DNA from: a virus
Lineage: Duplodnaviria; Caudoviricetes
Direction: 5' to 3' (one strand)
Virus record (IMG/VR): IMGVR_UViG_3300035547_000161
Coordinates: 1-29,249 of that record
Length of the DNA: 29,249 nt
Part shown: one piece after another, positions 18,033-25,220 of the stretch
Layout of the letters: every line of letters begins with the position of its first letter
Position numbering within the stretch: the first letter of the stretch is position 1
Notes under the pieces: generated by a model
What the model saw: the letters and a program-made list of their open reading frames with translations, nothing else
What the model was told of the DNA's origin: nothing
Database searches by the model: none
Made by a program: the position numbers and the translations under genes

Positions 18033-19286
18033 AGTGATTATCCTAGACGATTTAGCGATCCATCCTACAAGCCTGCCGACGATCCGGCAGAAGCCAAGGA
18101 ATTTTTCTGTCACGAACTTAGAGGTCCGGTAATTCCTTTTCTCCTGTTTCCCCAGGGCATGAGCGCAATAGTCCACAATGCGTTCGACCAGGCCAATCCG
18201 GACAATGACCTTTACGATCTTAAACTTATTGATGAACGGCACCACGAAAGCGGCTATGAGGTAATAGCCCGAAAGCGTCTCGATATCGAGCACCTTGTCC
18301 CGGTATTCGCGGGTGATATCGACCTTCGGAGAATCTTTAGACGTGCAAGCGGTTACGATGATACAGCCGGGGTTACCGCCTCCACCTTCGCCGGCGTCAC
18401 CCTCACCAGGCATGCCGGGGGTGCCGAAACCGCCGCCGCCGATACCTGGGCCTATCCCGCCTATACCTCCTCCTGCACCTATACCACCTTCGCCGCTTCC
18501 AACCCCGACAGTACCCCAACCCCCAAAGTGGCCCATATTGTCCGCGACATCCGCGTCCGGTCCGAATAGTCCCATACTGGCCGGATCGGGACCGACAGGG
18601 GCGCTGAACCCTGCATCTTCTGCTGCGACATCCGCGTCAGTGCCTACAAGCCCACCAACAGGGCCACCTTCGGGGCCATAACCACCTAGGGTTCCTGCTA
18701 ATGGGCTCAAGCCAAAAGCGGCAGGGTCGTTGTCAGCGACATCTGCGTCAGTGCCAACCAACCCGAGGGAACTGGGGTCTGGCCCTACTGGAGCACCAAT
18801 GGGGTCGCCTTCATCGGCCACATCCGCGTCGGGGCCTACGGGTTCTCCGGCCTGTTCAGCCGCATTTATCGCCTCCGCAATCTTTACGTATTGCTGAAGT
18901 TGTTTATCCCTCTCTAAATCCACAATTGTCTTAGCAAACGAAGGTATCCCCCTAAATGGAGCGGACATAACCTTTAGCCCTAAAAGGGCTACATCCTCGA
19001 CAGGCATTCCAGCTCCCACTAAATCAGCCCCGGACATCGATGGTCCTGGCCCGGGATCGCCAGGAGGGCCGCCTCCAGGATCCTCGTCTGCAGGGGCCGC
19101 CGGCTCGTCAGCCAACCACGGATCGAGGGCTTCAACGGTGCTCGGGTCCTCGCGTTCAAGCGGGGAATCCAATATCATATCTCTGATAGGCGTTCTGGTT
19201 TCGTATGCCTTGTCAACCATTCGCCTCATCCTAGTTGTGGCTGTTTTCTGTGGGTTCCATCCCACTCTGACATTCGCCATAATCAC
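18003..19286 (-). CDS. Gly/Asp/Pro-rich putative ejection/pilot protein with C-terminal CFI-box-CTERM-like domain (427 aa; ATG at 19280 is an alternative start)
   Basis: Low-complexity acidic Gly-rich body, then GGGGNPG-CIIVTAC...V..TREYRDKVL...GYY, resembling the CFIATA...LRxFRD..L...YY pattern. Confidence 0.75.
   Translation of the reverse strand: MIMANVRVGWNPQKTATTRMRRMVDKAYETRTPIRDMILDSPLEREDPSTVEALDPWLADEPAAPADEDPGGGPPGDPGPGPSMSGADLVGAGMPVEDVALLGLKVMSAPFRGIPSFAKTIVDLERDKQLQQYVKIAEAINAAEQAGEPVGPDADVADEGDPIGAPVGPDPSSLGLVGTDADVADNDPAAFGLSPLAGTLGGYGPEGGPVGGLVGTDADVAAEDAGFSAPVGPDPASMGLFGPDADVADNMGHFGGWGTVGVGSGEGGIGAGGGIGGIGPGIGGGGFGTPGMPGEGDAGEGGGGNPGCIIVTACTSKDSPKVDITREYRDKVLDIETLSGYYLIAAFVVPFINKFKIVKVIVRIGLVERIVDYCAHALGKQEKRNYRTSKFVTEKFLGFCRIVGRLVGWIAKSSRIITLTEERKNQL
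18536..18840 (-). repeat. Imperfect peptide repeats in the 427-aa protein
   Basis: Four copies of G(P/T)DADVA(D/A) and two copies of APVGPDP(S/A)S(L/M)GL. Confidence 0.8.
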
Positions 19287-19291
19287 ACCCC

Positions 19292-19948
19292 TTAAAAGAA
19301 GCTGCTGAAAAGTGATTTAGCCCCTTCCCATATCGTAGAAATGCCCTCTGTTGCAAAATTCGCAACATCTTTATACAAAGTGCCTCCGGTCAAAGCATCC
19401 CCTATAAGGGCGCCCCCGGCTGCTCCTGCAACTTTACCCACGGTGCTGTCACCGCCCAATTTGTAGCCCGCATATCCGCCTGCAGCCATCCCTGCGAGGT
19501 TCTGGAGGGACGGAACGTTGAACTGTGTCGATCCGATTTTAGTCGGTGCTTCCACCATCGGGTCTAAGCCTGCATTGACCCCTGGGGAAACTACTGATCC
19601 CGGAGCCAACGCCGCCGGAGCTTTGGATGCAACGGCCCCTGTCGCGTCATCACCAAATATCGCGTCCCGCAAGCCGCCTGCACCCATGACCGCGCTGAGG
19701 CCTAATTTCGCTTTTGCCAGATCCATCGCCTCATCTGCGGCCCTCTCATTCGCCGCCAGGCTGCGGGTCTGGTACGCTTGCTCGGATTCAAGCCGCTCCT
19801 TATCGATATCAAGCGCCTGGTTCTGGAGGTCGATCTCTTCACGCCTTTGCGTCATTTTAGGTAGATACCTAGCCCTGGCTGAAATCTCGCTGGTATAGGA
19901 CGGCTTAAGTCGGCGTCCTCCCATGACCGCTGTAAGTTGAGATACCAT
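19292..19948 (-). CDS. Putative DNA transfer/ejection protein, 218 aa
   Basis: GGAGG SD. N-terminal coiled coil followed by Gly/Ala-rich hydrophobic stretches (MAAGGYAGYKLGG..VAGAAGGALIG), typical of ejection proteins. No signal peptide. Confidence 0.72.
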   Translation of the reverse strand: MVSQLTAVMGGRRLKPSYTSEISARARYLPKMTQRREEIDLQNQALDIDKERLESEQAYQTRSLAANERAADEAMDLAKAKLGLSAVMGAGGLRDAIFGDDATGAVASKAPAALAPGSVVSPGVNAGLDPMVEAPTKIGSTQFNVPSLQNLAGMAAGGYAGYKLGGDSTVGKVAGAAGGALIGDALTGGTLYKDVANFATEGISTIWEGAKSLFSSFF

Positions 19949-19950
19949 AA

Positions 19951-20352
19951 TTACTTCCTCCCGATACTTTCAAGAAGCTGGTCGTACTTTTGGCTCAAGG
20001 CACGGTCCCGTTTAAGCTGGCCGTAGCCCATAAACGTACTTAAGCCCAGGTTTGCGATATCAAAGACTTTCGACTTCTTTGCCTGCGCTATCGCGGTGTC
20101 GAGCTTCCGGTTCGCTATATCCGTCTTAAAATCCAACTCTTTACGCCTCAGCTCCAACTCCCTTAGCTTCAACGCTTTATTGGCGTCGTGGAGAACCGCC
20201 TGCATCAATTTCCGCTGCTCCTCATCACCAAAGGACTCATCGAGTGAACGACTTGACAGCACCGCCCTGTAATGAGGGGGAAGTGCCATTATTTTCTGGA
20301 CGCCCTGCTGGTATCGGGGGTGGTTCCGGAATGTGTACGGGTCTGTTGCCAT
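19951..20352 (-). CDS. Hypothetical protein, probable small internal virion protein, 133 aa
   Basis: GAGGTG SD, coiled-coil segment, stop 2 nt before the next start. Confidence 0.75.
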   Translation of the reverse strand: MATDPYTFRNHPRYQQGVQKIMALPPHYRAVLSSRSLDESFGDEEQRKLMQAVLHDANKALKLRELELRRKELDFKTDIANRKLDTAIAQAKKSKVFDIANLGLSTFMGYGQLKRDRALSQKYDQLLESIGRK

Positions 20353-20537
20353 TTCGCACCTCTCGTTATGGCTCGTCTCTGAGCCTGGGAAACGTGTTGA
20401 TTTTCATTCGCCCGATGGTTCTCTACGGCTTTCGGAACCTGGTGCTCGTTCGTTTTAAGGAATTCGAGCCACGCCTCGTTATCAAGGGAGATTGCGGCCG
20501 CAATCATCAGGCTAATTAGAAGGGACGCTATTTTCAT
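20289..20537 (-). CDS. Small hypothetical protein with hydrophobic N-terminus, 82 aa
   Basis: GAGGAG SD. MKIASLLISLMIAAAIS is signal-like. Fills the gap between the nozzle gene and the 133-aa gene, overlapping both. Confidence 0.5.
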   Translation of the reverse strand: MKIASLLISLMIAAAISLDNEAWLEFLKTNEHQVPKAVENHRANENQHVSQAQRRAITRGAKWQQTRTHSGTTPDTSRASRK

Positions 20538-23500
20538 ACTCTCTCCTCGCCAGATAGCCCCAGGCGATGGGCTTGATTCCCTGGTTCGTTGCGGAGGTCG
20601 ATGAAGAGAATTTCACACGGGAAGCCCACCCGGTAATATTGCATTTCCGGTTATGCTGCTGCACCCTGGTCGATGAATCGTTGAGGTCGTAGGTGTAGGT
20701 CTCTTCTGCCGTCGATTCCTCGGTGTTCGTGTAGACATTGACCGTCATATCGGCCGCTTCGGTCATGGTTTCGGTAAAGATTTTTATCGCCTCGATGCTC
20801 GCGACCTGCCAGGCATCCTGAAGCGGGTAAAAGTCTCCGGTCTCGATGCTCTGAGCAATGGCGGTCGCTCCGTCCCAGGTCGTGCCGTAGTCGAGCATCC
20901 GCATGTAGCCATCATCAAAGCCCGCATAGATGTACTGCCTCCCATCATCGCCCACGGCAGGGAAGGCGCAGTTCGGGTATAGCGGGGGGTTGGTATAGAA
21001 CCACGCTTTGCGGTCAATGCTGTACGTGAACCAATGGAACCCCGCAATAAAGCTGTATTCTTTCCGGGTGCTGTTCCAAAATCCCTTTGCGTTCGCGATG
21101 TTGGACGCACCGAGATAGAGGTTGTCTGAGGGATCGAAATAGTCTTCAAGACCGGGGATCGAGGCGATAACCACGCCGTCGAACATGACAGGGCCCGCGT
21201 GAGATACCCAAAACGCGGTGTTGCGCCTGACATCGTTTGCAATCTCGAACCCCGCCTCGGCAACGGCCATGGTCTTCGGAGCCGGGCAGCCCACGGTAAA
21301 CGAGATCGGGTATATCCTGAAATCCTCGGGACCGTCTCCCCACAGCAAATGGGTTGTGGAATCCGAGGTTAAGACCACGGTCGAGAAGATGTTGGATCCG
21401 AAGCGGTTAAAAAGCTGCCTTGCCGCGGTAATGGGTTCCCCTGTGCCGGCGTACATGGACTGATAGCCGCCCATGCTCGTCAATTCGCCGTTCCAGACAT
21501 CGGGGGCATTCGGGAGACAGTAATCAATCCGGTCCCCCTCATTGGTATCGATCTGATTTATCAGAAGGAGCCGATTCCCGAAAGAAGTCGTGATCGAAAA
21601 CCCTTTCGGCGCGGAACTTGCCGGGACCCCTGTAACCGTGTCGATAACCACATCGTCAGCGGTTGCCCCGGATAAAGCCCCATCAAACTCGATCTTGTAG
21701 GCATAGCCTGTGACTCCGAAGAGATTGACTCGGCTTTCGCCTGCCTCCCCACGATCCGCCCAATGGTAAGAGCCTGTGCTTTCGAGGGATTTCCATGAAC
21801 TGAGGTTCGATACCGTGGAATCGTTTAAAAGCTCCACATCCACCCAATCCGTACCGTCCCATTTATAAACTGTCGGGACCGCATCATTGGTGTTCCCAAG
21901 CCCGGACAGGATCTTGAAATTGAGCGCAATCTGACGCTCGTCAAACATCGCTATGATATGGCCACCGCTTGTCGATGCCGGGAGCAACCCGACAAACGCG
22001 CCGATGGGGAGATCCGGGTACGAGGTTTCGTACACATCGGCGGTGAAATCGTCATAGGGGCCGTCCGAATCTTGTGAGACCTGGAACGTGATCGGTTGCC
22101 TGTAGACGCCATCCCAAATATCAACGATCTTTTGGAAGGGCGCATTGACCGTCACATGGGATATCGCGGCAGATCCGGCGTCGATGGAAAACAGGTATGT
22201 ATAGAGGTATAGACCACGGAAATGAAGCGGGGTTGCGGTCGTCTTGGTATTGCCGAACGATATCTCGCCGGTTTGCGCGAGAGCGATGCCGCCGTCTGCG
22301 GTCCCGTCCGTGATGGTCATTTCGCTGAAGGCGTTGCCGCTCCACAGATAGCCTGTGAGGGTTGATGTCTCGGTGTTCGGGTTCTGGACATACGCCTTGA
22401 CCCCTTCAAGGGGCCTGGTGGACATGACCAGAAAATCATTGTATTCCTCGTCGGTGTAGGGCCTTGATGGGGGCGTGAAGTCGTCGGTCCATCGAGCCAA
22501 ACCTTTTGTTACCCTGAACTCGTCGATGTACCCGGTATGATACCTGTCGGGGCCGCCGATGCAGAAATCCGCGGCGAGATCCGGCCAGTTCTGCATGGTG
22601 GTGGATGTGGCGGCGACTTTGCCGTTGATCGTGATCGCCCATTGGTTGTCAACATCTCCCCAGCCCCGGATAAACGCGATGTGGGCCCACTCGGATAACC
22701 CCACGGTGGTTGTGGCGGTATCGAAGCTCGAATGGGCCGCTGCGCCGGCATGGATGAAAAGGCTCACTTTGCCCGTAGGGTAGATCCGGCCTATGACGAG
22801 ATTATCGGCATCGTCCCAATGCCGGAACAGCTCCAGATACGGATCTACCTGGGAATGGCAGTTTACCCAAAAGTCTATTGTCCACAGATCGGTGCCCATG
22901 TAAAAGTGGTCGCTTCCCCCATCATCATCGGAGATGGAAAGATACGAGCTCCCATCGAAATACCCTGAGCCTGTCCCAAACTTCTTGGTGCCGACATCGA
23001 CCACGGCGTCGGTCGATGTTACTGTGTGTGTATTGGTTGACGAATCGGTGAACGTGGAGCTCCCGCTATCTCCGTCCATGTGGAGGAGTAAGACGACATC
23101 GCTGTCGATACCGCCGTTCCCCACCTGGGCCACCCCGCCATCTGCGGCGAGCTGCGTTGCAACGGCATCCGAATAGTCGATGATGGTTTCTGCACCGCCT
23201 GACCCGATATTCGCCTTGAGCACTCCTTCTCCGTCAGCCGTGCCCTCATTGACTACGAGGTCCTCCACAAAGGTGAGGGTCGAGCCGCTGATGGATTCAA
23301 TGGTCATGGTCCTGTTGTTGCTGGTTGTGCCGGTTATTTCGACCTTTTGACCGGGCCGGAACCCATTTGCCGCCCAATCATAACCATCATCATCTACAAC
23401 GGTATCTCCTGTCGCGGCCCATGTGAGGGCGGTCAGCGTCCCTGTTTCGGCCCTTGAAAGGACAAAGAACGCGGATGATCGCATCTCCTCTCCTGCCCAA

Positions 23501-25212
23501 ATGCAAACCTCCTTCCCGTTCGCGTAGGCCACGGATCGCTGAGGAGCGGCCGAAAAGCAGCTATCATTTCCAAGCGCCTCCCGGCTGTCTGAAAAGAGAA
23601 GGTCTCCGAAATCCCCCGTAGAACCGATATCCGTGCTGTTCTCATACACGTAGCCATAAGCCGGATCCCCGCTGGTTGCATGCACGAGGGTGTAGGTGTC
23701 CTGGTCGTAAATGGTGGATAGATGGTAGCCGGCCTGCAGGTCCAGGACATCTGAATCAGGGGAGACGAGGGCTGTTGAATTGACCTTGTTGTATCCCTGG
23801 ATTCCCTCAACCCCGGTTTCGGTGTAGCGCATGTTGGTAAGGGTGCTGAAATGCTTGGCCCCGATTACGAGCGGGTCAACACTTGGCAGCCATTTCCCGT
23901 TGAATTCGGTATAGAATTTGAAAACGGCCTCATCCTTCGGCGGTTCCGACAACAGCTTGGGGGGCTGCACAGGCGGTTGCACCGTTATCTCATGTGTCCT
24001 ATCGTTGCCAACTTCGGGCAACTGTGGTGCTTTGACCGGCTCCTTGATGCTTATCTCTCGCGTCTTATCATTACCGACCTCGGGCAACTGCGGCGGTTTC
24101 ACCGGGGCCTTTGGTTGTATCGCTTGCGGCTCAGGCGACCTCGGGACAGGGATATCGTCCGGTGGAGGTACAACTTCCCTGGCTGGAGGAGGTGAAGCTG
24201 GCCGGTCGTCCTGCGGCACCTGGATTTCAGGTAAAGCCCGGGGTCCCTTCGGAGGCACAGGTTTTACCGGCTTATCGTCCGGGGGTGGTGTGATCTCGGG
24301 CACTACAACCTGGGCTTTAGGCGGCGGCGTGGGCCTCTTATCATCCGGAGGCGGTGTGATTTCGGGCACTGCAACCTGGGCTTTAGGCGGCGGCGTGGGC
24401 CTCTTATCATCCGGAGGCGGTGTGATTTCGGGAGGAGGCAAATGCTCCTTGACCACTATCTCCCTCGTTGTATCATCCCCGGCATCAGGCAGATCGGGCG
24501 GCTCGATTGGTTCTGACGTTGGGGTTTCCTTTGTAACATCATCTCCAACATCAGGTAGGTCCGGTGCTTCAACAGCTTTTCTGACAGGGATTTCCTGGGT
24601 GCTATCGTCTCCCACGTCAGGAAGGCTCGGAGGTGTAACTGGCTGCCTTAGCGGGATTTCCTTTGTTGTATCATCCCCTATCGAGGGCAAATCAGGTGCT
24701 TCGACGGCCTCTCTAACCGGAATCTCTTTCGTGCTGTCATCCCCAACATCGGGCAGATCGGGCGGCGTTACTGGCTCTTTCACCTGGATTTCCCTGGTGC
24801 TGTCGTCTCCGATAGACGGTAAATCCGGTGGCGTTACAGGCTCTCTAACCGGAATCTCGCTGGTTCGGTCGTCTCCCACGTCCGGGAGGCTAGGAGGAGC
24901 GACTGGTTCTTTAGTAACCACCTCCTTCGTCACATCATCCCCGACCTCTGGGAGATCAGGAGCTGCCGGGACCTGCCCCGCCCCGGTGCCGATTTCGTGT
25001 CTGGCCTGGGAATCAGATACGCCCCTTGGGGCGTCATCGGGCAACATCGGAACTTCAGGTGATTCAGGCGGCGGCGGCTCTACGATAGGGGTTTCCCACG
25101 GTGGACGCTTCGCATATTCCTCTTGGGGATAAACAATGCCATAAGACAGGCCAAAGGCTGCGGCTAAAAATATCGAAACGTAAACGATACGACGTATTGT
25201 TCCTTTTTTCAT
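20512..25212 (-). CDS. Tail nozzle/DNA-stabilisation-like protein (P22 gp10/T7 gp12-like position and motifs) with signal/anchor, Pro-rich repeat stalk and LamG domain, 1566 aa
   Basis: Basic plus hydrophobic N-terminus, then about 400 aa of Pro-rich repeats. FNGKWLPSVDPLVIG...LTNMRY resembles a nozzle-type start. Propeller-like segments (DRIDYC..N.PDVW, GEPITA, VGCPAPKTM, FWVSHAGPVMFDG) and a C-terminal IETGDF...RVKFS segment. Directly follows the adaptor genes. Confidence 0.75.
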   Translation of the reverse strand: MKKGTIRRIVYVSIFLAAAFGLSYGIVYPQEEYAKRPPWETPIVEPPPPESPEVPMLPDDAPRGVSDSQARHEIGTGAGQVPAAPDLPEVGDDVTKEVVTKEPVAPPSLPDVGDDRTSEIPVREPVTPPDLPSIGDDSTREIQVKEPVTPPDLPDVGDDSTKEIPVREAVEAPDLPSIGDDTTKEIPLRQPVTPPSLPDVGDDSTQEIPVRKAVEAPDLPDVGDDVTKETPTSEPIEPPDLPDAGDDTTREIVVKEHLPPPEITPPPDDKRPTPPPKAQVAVPEITPPPDDKRPTPPPKAQVVVPEITPPPDDKPVKPVPPKGPRALPEIQVPQDDRPASPPPAREVVPPPDDIPVPRSPEPQAIQPKAPVKPPQLPEVGNDKTREISIKEPVKAPQLPEVGNDRTHEITVQPPVQPPKLLSEPPKDEAVFKFYTEFNGKWLPSVDPLVIGAKHFSTLTNMRYTETGVEGIQGYNKVNSTALVSPDSDVLDLQAGYHLSTIYDQDTYTLVHATSGDPAYGYVYENSTDIGSTGDFGDLLFSDSREALGNDSCFSAAPQRSVAYANGKEVCIWAGEEMRSSAFFVLSRAETGTLTALTWAATGDTVVDDDGYDWAANGFRPGQKVEITGTTSNNRTMTIESISGSTLTFVEDLVVNEGTADGEGVLKANIGSGGAETIIDYSDAVATQLAADGGVAQVGNGGIDSDVVLLLHMDGDSGSSTFTDSSTNTHTVTSTDAVVDVGTKKFGTGSGYFDGSSYLSISDDDGGSDHFYMGTDLWTIDFWVNCHSQVDPYLELFRHWDDADNLVIGRIYPTGKVSLFIHAGAAAHSSFDTATTTVGLSEWAHIAFIRGWGDVDNQWAITINGKVAATSTTMQNWPDLAADFCIGGPDRYHTGYIDEFRVTKGLARWTDDFTPPSRPYTDEEYNDFLVMSTRPLEGVKAYVQNPNTETSTLTGYLWSGNAFSEMTITDGTADGGIALAQTGEISFGNTKTTATPLHFRGLYLYTYLFSIDAGSAAISHVTVNAPFQKIVDIWDGVYRQPITFQVSQDSDGPYDDFTADVYETSYPDLPIGAFVGLLPASTSGGHIIAMFDERQIALNFKILSGLGNTNDAVPTVYKWDGTDWVDVELLNDSTVSNLSSWKSLESTGSYHWADRGEAGESRVNLFGVTGYAYKIEFDGALSGATADDVVIDTVTGVPASSAPKGFSITTSFGNRLLLINQIDTNEGDRIDYCLPNAPDVWNGELTSMGGYQSMYAGTGEPITAARQLFNRFGSNIFSTVVLTSDSTTHLLWGDGPEDFRIYPISFTVGCPAPKTMAVAEAGFEIANDVRRNTAFWVSHAGPVMFDGVVIASIPGLEDYFDPSDNLYLGASNIANAKGFWNSTRKEYSFIAGFHWFTYSIDRKAWFYTNPPLYPNCAFPAVGDDGRQYIYAGFDDGYMRMLDYGTTWDGATAIAQSIETGDFYPLQDAWQVASIEAIKIFTETMTEAADMTVNVYTNTEESTAEETYTYDLNDSSTRVQQHNRKCNITGWASRVKFSSSTSATNQGIKPIAWGYLARREYENSVPSN
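22456..23100 (-). other. LamG/concanavalin A-like jelly-roll domain inserted in the nozzle-like protein
   Basis: VVLLLHMDG...FTDSS...KFGTGSGYFDG...WTIDFWV...WAHIAFIR...TING...IGG...GYIDEFRVTKGLARWTDDFTPP is the typical phage LamG-like pattern. Confidence 0.85.
23950..24970 (-). repeat. 66-bp (22-aa) tandem Pro-rich repeat array, about 14 units
   Basis: Eight units like V(T/E)(P/A)PDLPDVGDDxTxEIPVxEP, three to four of xxxPEITPPPDDKxPxPPPKAQ, two of VKxPQLPEVGNDxTxEI. Perfect 61-bp DNA duplication at 24306-24366 and 24372-24432. Confidence 0.95.
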
Positions 25213-25220
25213 CCATGCAC

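Noticed and set aside
18295-18681. 128-aa plus-strand Pro-rich ORF
   Set aside because: Shadow of the Gly-rich tract of the 427-aa gene; no evident SD.
23950-24970. 66-bp periodic array as a possible CRISPR array
   Set aside because: Units are in-frame coding repeats with codon-level variation throughout. There is no constant repeat/unique spacer structure and no cas gene in the window.
23918-25132. 404-aa plus-strand Gly/Ser/Thr-rich repeat ORF
   Set aside because: Mirror of the Pro-rich repeat array. The minus frame is continuous with the leader and nozzle domains.
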